Of a DNA stretch of 64,000 bases, positions 15,201 through 26,629 are shown piece by piece. Every line of letters starts with the position of its first letter. Positions within the stretch are counted from its first letter, which is position 1. The stretch covers positions 197,408,001-197,472,000 of the forward strand of contig NC_091984.1 in assembly GCF_044704955.1 (NCBI RefSeq), written 5' to 3'. The position numbers and the translations under genes are program-made. The stretch is from Pristiophorus japonicus (Eukaryota). Below the pieces are notes generated by a model. The model saw nothing but the letters and a program-made list of their open reading frames with translations. It had not been told where the DNA came from and ran no database searches.

Positions 15201-15965
15201 GTTCGGTATTGCACTACTCGGTCAGTGCGAGTTCAGTATCCCACTTCTCGGTCAGTGCAGGTCGGTAACGCACCTCTCGATCAGTGCGGGTTCATTACCG
15301 CACCTCTCGGTCAGCGCGGGTTCAGTATCCCACCTCTCGGTCAGCGCGGGTTCAGTATCCCACCTCTCGGTCAGTGCGTGTCAGTACCGCAACTCTCGGT
15401 CAGTGTGGGTCGGTATCGCACCTCTCGGTCAGTGCGGGGTCAGGATCGCACCTCTCGGTCAGTGCGGGTCAGTATCGCACATCCCGGTCAGTGCCGGTTC
15501 AGTATCCCACCTCTCGGTCAGTGCGGGTTCAGTACTGCACCTCTCGGTCAGTGCGGGGTCGGTACCGCACCTCTCGGTCAGTGCGGGTTCGCTACCACAC
15601 CTCGCGGTCAGTGCGGGTTCGGTACCGCACCTTTTGGTCTGAATGGTTAGTACCGCTCCTCTCGGTCAGTGCGGGTTCAGTATCCTATCTCAGTCAGTGC
15701 GGATTTAGTACCGCACCTCTCGGTCAGTGCGGGTTCAGTATCCCACCTCTCGGTCAGTGCAGGTTTAGTACCGCACCTCTCGGTCAGTGCGGGTTCAGTA
15801 CCGCACCTCTCGGTCAGTGCGGGTTCAGTATCTCACCTCTCGGTCAGTGCGGATTCCGTACCGCATCTCTCGGTCAGTGCGGGTTCAGTCCCGCACCTCT
15901 CGGTCAGTGCGGGTTCAGTACCGCACCTCTCGGTCAGAGCTGGTCAGTACCGCACCTCTCGGTCA
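12230..15965. repeat. Higher-order tandem duplication within the satellite, period 1858 bp
   Basis: Identical ORFs offset by 1858 (12482/14340, 12811/14669, 13071/14929, 13426/15284). Confidence 0.92.
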
Positions 15966-18900
15966 GTGCCAGTTCAGTATCCCACCTCTCGGTCAGTGCG
16001 GATTCCGTACCGCATCTCTCGGTCAGTGTGGGATCAGTATCCAACCTCTCGGTCAGCGCGGGTTCAGTATCCCACCTCGGTCAGTGCGTGTTCGGTACCG
16101 CACCTCTCGGTCTGTGCGGGCCGGTATCACACCTCTCGGTCTGTGCGGGCCGGTATCACACCACTCGGTCAGTGCGGGTCAGTATCACACCTCTCGGTCA
16201 GTGCGGGTCGGTCTCGCACCTCTCGGTCAGTGCCGGTCGGTATCGCACCTCTCAGTCTGAATGGTTCAGTATCACATCACTCGGTCAGTATCACACCGCT
16301 CGGTCTGAAGGGTCGGTATCACACCTCTCGGTCAGTGCGGGTCGGTATCGCACCTCTTGGTCAGTGCGGGATCGGTACCACACCTCTCGGTCAGTGCGGA
16401 TTCCGTACCGCATCTCTCGGTCAGTGCGGGTTCAGTCACGCACCTCTCGGTCAGTGCGGGTTCAGTACTGCACCTCTCGGTCAGAGCTGGTCAGTACCGC
16501 ACCTCTCGGTCAGCGCGGGTTCAGTATCCCACCTCTCGGTCAGCGCGGGTTCAGTATCCCACCTCAGTCAGTGCGGGTCAGTACCGCACCTCTCGGTCAG
16601 CGCGGGTTCAATATCCCACCTCGGTCAGTGCGGGGTCGGTACCGCACCTCTCGGTCAGTGCGGGTCGGTACCGCACCTCTCGGTCAGTGCGGGGTCGGTA
16701 CCGCACCTCTCGGTCAGTGCGGGTTCACTATCCCACCTCTCGGTCAGTGCGGGTCCAGTACTGCACCTCTCGGTCAGAAGGGTCAGTACCGAACATCTCG
16801 GTCAGTGTGGGTTCGGTACCTCACCTCTCGGTCAGTACGGGTCGGTCTCGCACCTCTCGGTCAGTGCCGGTCGGTATCGCACCTCTCAGTCTGAATGGTT
16901 TAGTATCACATCACTCGGTCAGTATCACACCGCTCGGTCTGAAGGGTCGGTATCACACCTCTCGGTCAGTGCGGGTCCGTGCGGGTCGGTATCACACCTC
17001 TCGCTCTGTGCGGGTCAGTATCGCACCTCTCGGTCAGTGCGGGTCAGTACCGCACCTCTCGGTCAGAATGGTCAGTATCGCGCCTCTCGGTCAGTGCGGG
17101 TCCGGTATCCCTCCTCTCGGTCAGTGTGGGTCCGCTACCGCACCTCCCGGTCAGTGCGAGTCCAGTATCGCGCCTCTCGGTCAGTGCGGGTCAGTATCGC
17201 ACCTCTCGGTCAGTGCGGGTTCAGTACCGCACCTCTCGGTCAGTGGCGGTTCAGTATCCCACCTCTCGGTCAGTGCGGGTTCAGTACTGCACTTCTCGGT
17301 CAGAAGGGTCAGTATCGCACATCTCGGTCAGTGTGGGTTCGGTACCTCACCTCTCGGTCTGTGCGGGGTCGGTATCGCACCTCTCGGTCAGTGCGGGTTC
17401 GGTGCCGTATCTCTCGGTCAGTGCGGGGTCGGTATCGCACCTCTCGGTCAGTGCGGGTTAGGTGCCGCACCTCTCGGTCATTGTGGGTTCGGTACCGTAC
17501 CTCTCGGTCAGAAGGGTCTGTATCGCACCTCTTGGTCAGAAGCGCACCTCTCGGTCAATGGTAGTTCAGTATCCCACCTCTCGGTCAGTGCGGGTTCAGT
17601 ACCGCACCGCTCGGTCAGTGCGGGTTCAGTACGGCACCTCTCGATCAGTGCGGGTTCAGTATCTCACCTCTCGGTCAGTGCGGTTCGGTTTCGCACCTCT
17701 CGGTCAGCGCGGGTCGGTTTTGTACATCTCGGTCAGTGCGGTTCAGTACCACACCTCTCGATCAGTGCGGGTTCAGTATCCCACCTCTCGGTCAGTGCGG
17801 GTTCGTACCGCACTTCTCGGTCAGTGCGGGTTCGGTATTGCACCACTCGGTCAGTGCGAGTTCAGTTTCCCACTTCTCGGTCAGTGCAGGTCGGTAACGC
17901 ACCTCTCGATCAGTGCGGGTTCATTACCGCACCTCTCGGTCAGCGCGGGTTCAGTATCCCACCTCTCGGTCAGTGCGGGGTCGGTACCGCACCTCTCGGT
18001 CAGAAGGGTCAGTACCGCACCTCTCGATCAGTGCGGGTTCGGTACCGCACCTCTCGGTCAGTGCGGGTTCGGTATCGCACCTCTCGGTCAGTGCGGGTTC
18101 GATACCGCACCTCTCGGTCAGTGCGGGATCAGTATCCCACCTCGGTCAGTGCGGGTCAGTACCGCACCTCTCGGTCAGTGCGGATTCCGTACCGCATCTC
18201 TCGGTCAGTGCGGGTTCAGTCCCGCATCTTTCGGTCAGTGAGGGTTCAGTACCGCACCTCTCGGTCAGTGCGGGTCAGTATCACACCTCTCGGTCAGTGC
18301 GGGTTCGGTATCCCACCTCTCGGTCAGTGCGGGTTCGATATCCCATCTCTCGGTCAATGCGGGTCAGTACCGCACATCTCGGTCAGTGCGGGTTCGGTAC
18401 CGCACCTCTCGGTCAGTGCGGGTTCAGGTATCCCACCTCTCGGTCAGTGCGGGTTCGGTACCGCACCTCTCGGTCAGTGCGGGTTCGGTACCGCACCTCT
18501 CGGTCAGTGCGGGTTCAGGTATCCCACCTCTTGGTCAGTGCGGGTTCGGTACCGCACCTCTCGGTCAGTACCCCACCTCTCGGTCAGTGCGGATTCAGTA
18601 CCGCATCTCTTGGTCAGTGCGGGTTCAGTACCCCCCCTCTCGATCAGTGCGGGTCGGTATAGCACCTCTCGGTCAGTGCGGATTCAGTATCCCACCTCTC
18701 GGCCAGTGCGGGTTCAGTAATCACACCTCTCGGTCAGTGCGGGTTCAGTACCGCAGCTCTCGGTCAGTGCGGGTTCAATACTGCACCTCTCGGTCAGAGC
18801 TGGTCAGTAACGCACCTCTCGGTCAGCGCGGGTTCGATATCCCACCTCTCGGTCAGCGCAGGTTCGGTATCCCACCTCTCGGTCAGTGCGGGTTTAGTAT

Positions 18901-21318
18901 CGCACCTCTCGGTCAGTACCACACCTCTCGGTCAGTGCGGGCTCGGTATCCCACCTCTTGGTCAGTGCGGGTTCAGTACCGCACCTCTCGGTCAGTGCGG
19001 GTTCAGTACCGCACCTCTCGGTCAGTGCGGGTTCAGTATCCCACCTCTCGGTCGGTGCGGGTTTAGTATCCCACCTCTCGGTCAGCGCGGGTTCAGTATC
19101 CCACCTCGGTCAGTACCGCACCTCTCGGTCAGCGCGGGTTCAGTATCCCACCTCGGTCAGTGCGGGTCAGTACCGCACCTCTCGGTCAGTGCGGGGTCGG
19201 TACCGCACCTCTCGGTCAGTGCGGGTTCGGTACCGCACCTCTCGGTCAGTGCGGGTCGGTACCGCACCTCTCGGTCAGTGCGGGGTCGGTACCGCACCTC
19301 TCGGTCAGAAGGGTCAGTACCGCACCTCTCGGTCAGTGCGGGTTCGGTACCGCATCTCTCGGTCAGTGCGGGTTCGGTACCGCATCTCTCGGTCAGTGCG
19401 GGTTCGGTATCGCACCTCTCGGTCAGTACCGCACCTCTCGGTCAGTGCGGGTTCAGTACCGCACCTCTCAGTCAGAAGGGTCAGTACTACACCTCTCGGT
19501 CAGTGCGCGTTCAGTATCGCACCTCTTGGTCAGTGCGGGTTCAGTATCCCACCTCTCGGTCAGTGCGGGTTCGATACCGCACCTCTCGGTCAGTGCGGGA
19601 TCAGTATCCCACCTCTCGGTCAGTGCGGGTCAGAATCGCACCTGTCGGTCAGTGCGTGTTCGGTACCGCACCTCTTGGTCTGAAGGGTTCAGTATCACAC
19701 CTTGCGGTCAGTGCGGGTCAGTATCGCATTTCTCGGTCAGTGCGTGTTCGGTACCGCACCTCTCGGTCTGTGCGGGCCGGTATCACACCTCTCGGTCTGT
19801 GCGGGCCGGTATCACACCACTCGGTCAGTGCGGGTCAGTATCACACCTCTCGGTCAGTGCGGGTCGGTCTCGCACCTCTCGGTCAGTGCCGGTCGGTATC
19901 GCACCTCTCAGTCTGAATGGTTCAGTATCACATCACTCGGTCAGTATCACACCGCTCGGTCTGAAGGGTCGGTATCACACCTCTCGGTCAGTGCGGGTCC
20001 GTGCGGGTCGGTATCACACCTCTCGCTCTGTGCGGGTCGGTATCGCACCTCTTGGTCAGTGCGGGATCGGTACCACACCTCTCGGTCAGTGCGGGTCGGT
20101 ATCGCACCTCTCGGTCAGTGCGGGTCGGTATCGCACCTTTCGGTCAGTGCGGGTTGGTATCGCACCTTTCGGTCTGACGGGTTTAATACCACACCTCTCG
20201 GTCTGAGGAGTTTGGCACCTCTCGGTCTGTGCGGGTCGGTATGGCACCTCTGGGTCTGTGTAGTTCGCCACTGCACCTCTTAAATCTTTGCTGCAATGGG
20301 TTGCTTCTGGAACCCATTTTTTAAAAAGCTTGTGGCTCCACTTCAGCAATGAATGAGATTCTTATTTAAGCTGGTGCATTTTGATGATGCCATTAGAGTA
20401 CATAACCTCAACTAATTGGATCGAAATAGTAGGAAACTGATGAAACAACTACTTTAGGCATGTTGACAAATCTGACCATCAAAATCCATTCATACTTTTC
20501 AAATGACGTCTGATAAGAGTTGGTGTCATTAACAGGGTCTGTTCAAAACATCAGAGGGACTGGAGAATAGTGGGTAATGGAGAGGTTTCAGAACAGTAAT
20601 CCAAGTGCATGCTTAGCATGTGCAGTAAACAAACATCTTCAAACAGCGCGTCTTTCGTCCAAATACATTTGGAATCCTCAGTGACGAATGAAAACAAAAT
20701 CTTTGTCAATCTTGTTAATCCTTAATTAATTTTGATTATAAATAGCAATGTAATGGTTTCTGTCATTCCGTTTAAACCTAATACTTAAAATACCAGTCTG
20801 CTTTGGCACTGGGATTCCTCATGTGGAGGCATCAGCCTCTGAGTGTTTGGCACAATGTGCCTGTACATCATTATGTGAGAATGGATCTCCACAGGTCCAT
20901 TACACTTTCTTTGTCTTGAATACACTTACACATTTAATCTAATTTCCTGACAACCTCAATTAATGGAAGAGGTAGCAATTAAGAATTAATTAAAGATCCT
21001 GGCGTTATAGGGTATGTTAAATACCTGTAAATGTGAACCATGGAATGGTACCAATAAAGAACCCCAGTAACTCTGGAAAAAGTCTAATTACAGAGCTGCA
21101 CTTAATTTAATTAAAGACAAACTACATTGGTTGCATTTTAACCCCTTCATGACTGCAATGGTTTCAGTGCCTCAAAATACTATTTTTTTGTAAAGAATAA
21201 CAATACAGTTTTTTTTAGTTGATCCAGAGGTAACTGCAATATATGAACTGTTCTGTGCTCTATGCATTTTTGAACTCTTAATATAGAGGATACTGCAGAC
21301 AAAGTTTCAAAATACAAT

Positions 21319-21494
21319 GGTATTAAAATTCCATGGGGGCTCTCTGTCTCCTGCTGTATTCTTGGCAGGAGACCAGTGGAACCTCCAGAGAACCAGAATA
21401 AACAGCCACTTACACTATTTCTCCAGGGACCCCACCCATTTCCCACCGAGGTTAAAATGGGAGACCAGGAAAAGCCCCAAAGAATTTCAGGGCC
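21319..21494. mobile_element. Decayed short MITE-like element (PIF/Harbinger-type TIRs)
   Basis: Left end GGTATTAAAATTCCATGGGG versus the reverse complement of the right end, GGCCCTGAAATTCTTTGGGG. Resembles other TIRs in the window. Confidence 0.4.
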
Positions 21495-21561
21495 AATGTT
21501 CATTAAGCAAATGAAAGAGGCTGTACAAACACCTTATTTAGCCTGCCTGATTTCTCAATAG

Positions 21562-21693
21562 AAAGAAAAAAAGATGTGCATTTATACACCATTTATACAG
21601 CATCTTTCTTGACTTCAGGACATCCTATAGCGCTTTATAGCCAATTAAGTGCTTTTTGAAATGTAGTCACTATTGTAATGTAGGAACTGCGCA
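21562..21693 (-). mobile_element. Deu-domain SINE (SacSINE1/AmnSINE-like), 3' fragment
   Basis: GTAGTCACTATTGTAATGTAGGAA motif shared with the copies at 43735, 58430 and 61040. Confidence 0.75.
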
Positions 21694-21929
21694 GCAGGTC
21701 TCCAGTCGTCCTGGTTAACCCTTGCCACTGGATAAAGGCCTAGCTCTGTCAAGCCCGTGTGGTGGTTGATATGCAACGGTCGCCACACATTAAAAAAATC
21801 CATGCACGGGCATCTTTAACCCCTTCAACTGGAGTTCAGGACTGAAACATCGGATCCTTCATTGAAACATCTGTGAACTCATGGAAGCAAGTCATCCTCA
21901 TTCGAGGGATTGCCTATGATGATGATGAT
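21690..21929 (+). mobile_element. Non-autonomous RTE-derived element/SINE with RTE 3' tail
   Basis: Ends GGAAGCAAGTCATCCTC...GGATTGCCTATGATGATGAT, the same tail as the RTE at 53515. Homologous to the inverted copy at 52117-52460. Confidence 0.8.
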
Positions 21930-22897
21930 AACACCCACGAAGCTGGCTGACTGATGGAGTGGTAGCTGTTGGGGCTGATTTTGCACTCTGTCGACACTTG
22001 CTGAGCTGAAGGTGCAGTGTACCTGTCATCAGAGAGCAGCAGGCACTACCCACCCTTCCCCCTGAAAATGTAGATTGTGAGATTGAGGAGACAGCGTTAG
22101 CCGAGTCACCATACATGGGTGAGAAGAAGCAAATGGTGATGGCAGCCAAAGATACCTCTGTTGCAGGGATTCTGACCTCACCGCTCTTCCTTATGAAAGG
22201 AGATTTCTCTTTGATCATGATCATCTACATGAGTCATTTGTGCATCTGCAAAATACCCTCAAATATCTGACAAGCGGTATGGAGGAGTCAACTAGCTGGA
22301 TCAGCGCAATCATGGATAAATACTTCTCTGCAATGCAGTGCAGAGTAACTCCTGTGGCATCGGCCCGAGAACCTTCAGTGTTGCAGGTTCTAAGCACAAT
22401 GTCAGTGTTATTAATGAATGTTCAGGCTGCTGTGGTAGAGGCCTTGGGCTCGAATTTAAAAGAGGCTCTCTTGTCTAGCTGCTGCATGTTGGGTGATTGG
22501 ATTGAGAGGACCTCAAGGCAAAGATTCACAGACCTCATTGCTTCTTGGGGGTGTTCTCCCATGTGGATCAGCCAGTGAGAGAGTGCCCAGCAGCAGTGGG
22601 ATATCTGGGGTAGGCAGAGATGAGGCTGTTTTCTTGCTAGGTGATGCCACTTCGCACCCATCAGCCATCACTGTGTAAGTGACAGTGGATGTGGCAGGAA
22701 CAGCCTGTCACAGCTGCAGCACTCATGGCTGAATCAGTTGCAAGATCAGCAGCGAAGCAGTCCAAGGAGGCACAGAGCCACCCACATCACAGCTGTCTTG
22801 TCATTGAAACCCTACATGTAGCCAGCCTGCACGTGTATTGCTTTGACGGGGAAGTCATTTAGAAGAAGCATTAAGTTCGCTGTCAGGCATTGCATGG

Positions 22898-23142
22898 AAA
22901 CATAGAAACATAGAAAATAGGTGCCGGAGTAGGCCATTCGGCCCTTCGAGCCTGCACTGCCATTCAATATGATCATGGCTGATCATGCAACTTCAGTACC
23001 CCATTCCTGCTTTCTCTCCATACCCCTTGATCCCTTTAGCCGTAAGGGCCACATCTAACTCCCTTTTGAATATATCTAACGAACTGGCCTCAACAACTTT
23101 CTGTGGTAGAGAATTCCACAGGTTCACAATTCTCTGAGTGAA
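22898..23142 (-). mobile_element. CR1 (HER1-like) LINE, short 3' fragment
   Basis: FTQRIVNLWNSLPQKVVEA...GIKGYGEKAGMGY C-terminus, 3'UTR and (CTATGTTT)n tail. Confidence 0.95.
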
Positions 23143-24184
23143 ATTGCACACTTGGGCTGCTTGAAAGACGGCCCGAGATTCACGTCCGGGCTGGGAAGTC
23201 ACTAAATGTGGACTGCAGCTCCTTCAGCTATTCACGGTCATGTTTGCAGCAAGTGTTCAAACCTTAAACAAAGCAGCAGGAAAGTGACAGGAGCAGCAAT
23301 GAGTGGCAAATTGGGGGATGATGAGTACCTCTGTGAGCTTGGCAGGAGGGAGGGAGGAGGGAAATGAGAGTGCCCCTGACAAATGAGCACATGTAAAATA
23401 TGTTATTTGGCTTTGACAGTTGGAAATTAGAAGGGAACCGGACTTCAGAGAAACAAACCAATGGAGTGCAAAAGACAGGATTGTAGAAATATTACCAAAC
23501 AGGTGCAAAGGGATTAAAGGATCAAATCAAGGCTTGAAATTATTCTTCTTTTAATATATTTAGACGGATAATTACAAACTAATTTATATCATGGGTTAAT
23601 GTGAAAAGATTTAGGTACCTCAAATTCAGGTTTGCTGTGAATACTCAGGTATTTTAATCTAAAAAAAATTATATGACAGTCAAGGAATTCTATTACAATT
23701 TATTGAACAGAATCAATTATAGTGAAGTTTATTAGAGTGGTGTTTTGGAATTGTATAATAATAGATTATTCTATGAAATAGTATAATAAATGGGGTTCAC
23801 ATGTACACTGTGAGCTGCATTTAAATGATGTCTGTAGTCTTATACCTTAGACTAATTCAGTTCTACGATACAGAGCATTAGAAAGTACAAAAATCATTTG
23901 TTACAGATGTCATATGTTTAAAAACATTAACTTCAGTTAATGAATCCATTCAACAATAGCAAGTCAATTATAATTAGCTAATTATATAGTTAGTACTTTA
24001 TTAATAACAACATATCTGATATAGCTTGTTGGTTCTCTAATTGGAAGATGAAAGCATTTATTTTGTTGTTATCCAATTATGCTGGTTGCCTCTCAAAAGA
24101 TTTCCTCCTCCGTACTATTTACTGTTGTAAAATAAGGTCTTGCCGTTATTTGAGATAGCAAATACATCCAATATTATAATCATT

Positions 24185-24920
24185 GGGACTGAAATTCAGG
24201 TTGAAGGCTTCCCGCAGGCAATTGCCTCCGACCTGAAACACTTCTACCTGGTGGTCCCGGAGGAGCATGGGATTGTGGTGGGGAGGCCTTCTCGTCCCAC
24301 GCTGCGAAGCGCACTCCCGTCCTCCAGGTTCCCACGCAGAAGGTGCAATCAATCAGGGACAGTATTCCACAGCTTTCTCATTAATAGCAATGAGAACTCT
24401 GTATCTACGAGTTCTCATTGCTATTGATGAGAAAAGAAACACAAACACACTAAACACATAATAAAAAATAAAAAAACACATAATTAAAATTAATTGAAAT
24501 TAAAGTTAATAAATATCTTGGAGAAATTTTTTTTTCTGAGTTTAAAATTTTTTTTTTTAATTATGATTAAAAATAAATGTAACGTAGTGGGCAGGGTTTT
24601 AAAAAATAATATGTGTTTTTAAAATTTAATTTAATTATATTTTTGTATGTTTTTAAACTCTTACGCCTGTAAAAGTAGGCTATACGTCTGCTTTTATCAG
24701 GCGCAAGAATTTTGAGGACATTTGCTGGACAAGATATGGGTAAATTTCGCAATCTTGCCCTTGCAAATGTCCTCACACCTGCTATGCGTGAGATCTGTCA
24801 AGCTCCAACTTGACAGATCGGAAAAGCCGGTTTTCAGCGTATGCGCATTGTGCGCTGAAAAACGGCTTTTGTGATGCCTTCCCAGGTCCGTAGACACTCA
24901 GTAGGCTGGGATTTCCAGCC
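24185..24920. mobile_element. Non-autonomous DNA-transposon-like (MITE) element
   Basis: Left end GGGACTGAAATTCAGG matches the TIR at 40845. Weak inverted end GATTTCCAGCC. GC-rich ends with an AT-rich centre. Confidence 0.55.
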
Positions 24921-26629
24921 TGATGATAATTTAACATCCTGAGGTAGTTGGTCCCAAACATTCATTGCTAAGAAACATGACCAAGAGCAGCTGCCATTTT
25001 TCGGCCGTTTTCATCAATACTAAAGGCCCATAAAGATGCTTTTACATTCATTGAGTGTTGACTATGATACTCTTTAATATAAATTACCCAATTTCTGAAT
25101 TGGAGGTCCATATTTTCATGGATCTTTTGCACTGCCATCAGGTCACCAGTTTAAGGTAAAATCACAGAATAGGTTGCCTTTTTAGTAATGGTAAACACGG
25201 GTCTCCAGTGGTGGTTTGAAGAAAAGTTGATAGGAGAGAGCCGCACAGGTCTCTAAATTCTATTTCACTGGGCCCACTTCATATAATACAAAAGAAATAT
25301 GAGGGAGCACAGGAAACATCAGCCAGCAGACATTTTGTTGCATGTGGCAGTTGCTGCTCACGAACAGAAGAGAGCAGAAAAGGCTATGCTCAATGGAATG
25401 TGTTTATCAACCCCACCAACCTTTTGTGAAATAGCTGTACAACATTTGCAGAAGTCAGATGAGGCCTGGCTGGAATTCAACATTTCCACATTGTTATCTT
25501 CAGGGTCAGAATGACAACAAACCATCAGGACCTCTGAGGAACAAAAGGGAAAACATCCTGGTGTGATTGATTAAGACACGTCGACTGAATCTATGTATGT
25601 CACAGACTCCAGACTGTACAGTAGGGTGACAGGAGGAATCCTTTATCTTTAGAACTCCAATGCATGGAGCTATCTTCCACAGAGCCAACACGGATGAGAG
25701 TTGACGTGGCTCCTTTACAGCGTTATTTTTATCTGAATCCTATGAATCTCTCACTTATTTACACATTACTTTAGATTAGCTTAAGCAAAATATCACGGAT
25801 GCAATGTGAGCTAAACTGGAAGGGAAAACTGAGTTTGTGACCTTGTGGAAACTCAGCAGTGGCATGGAAGTTAATGCTGATACCATGGAAGGAGAAAAAT
25901 GTGCTGAATCGGGAAGGTATATATTTTTTAAATAGTCTTTGATGTGCTTGCCTTTGCTAACTTGCCAGAACTGAACTCTTCAGCATCTTGAGAAACTTCA
26001 CCAAAATAGAACATCGTGAATGACATTTGTCTAAGCACTGATTATCCATATTGACAGAACTATTGAATGAATGAATGACGTTTCTACTGCAGAACAATAC
26101 ATACCTTTAAAAAATATTTTGATTTTAATGAACTGATAAAATGTAGTGTTTATTCATCCTTTTACTATTTCTTAAGTAAGCAATGATGCCTAATCTTTTA
26201 CTTATTTTAACCACATTTCCCCAATCATTTTAAGTAAGTGTCTCCTCTTCACCTCTGTTTGGGATTATTTGAAGTCAAGTCAATCTTTAATGATTTGGAG
26301 AACTTCAGCTACTGGTTTTGCAGGCATTATGTTTTTTTTTTGCCAGATTTAAGGTCTAGATAGGAGTGGTCTCAAAAGGTTTTATTTTTAAATGTTAAAA
26401 TAATGCTCCTCTAGTTCAAATTGTAGATCATCGTTCTTCCACTATCAGAGTGATGGCTTTTTACCAATCAGCATTATGGCTACAATAATATTAATGATCT
26501 CTAATTAATAATTAAGGCAGGGATCTAGGATTTGCATCTAAACAACCAATCTACTGGTTTGGAGACACTATAATACATATTGTAAATGTTACTGAACTTA
26601 TTTGTTAGCTGTGACACAATCAATCAATA

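Larger units (their letters stand above)
1..20280. repeat. ~30-bp tandem satellite/minisatellite array (consensus GGGTTCAGTACCGCACCTCTCGGTCAGTGC), continuing off the left edge
   Basis: The core CACCTCTCGGTCAG recurs about every 28-30 bp throughout, giving roughly 650-700 monomers by length. Monomers degenerate over ~20150-20280, followed by an abrupt switch to AT-rich unique sequence. Confidence 0.99.

Noticed and set aside
1-20280. CRISPR-like array (palindromic repeat with variable linker)
   Set aside because: The linkers are short variants of one sequence rather than unique spacers. There are no cas genes and the context is vertebrate.
24-20283. Very long ORFs (up to 1367 aa) with repeats such as TAPLGQCGFS / VPHLSVSAGS / YRTSRSVRVQ
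   Set aside because: The monomer has no stop codon on the plus strand, so all three frames are open. Frequent 28/29-bp monomers shift the frame freely, which shows no coding constraint.
25299-25700. Possible N-terminal Harbinger transposase remnant or host exon (…QKSDEAWLEF…)
   Set aside because: Only faint similarity, with no catalytic motifs or convincing splice sites.
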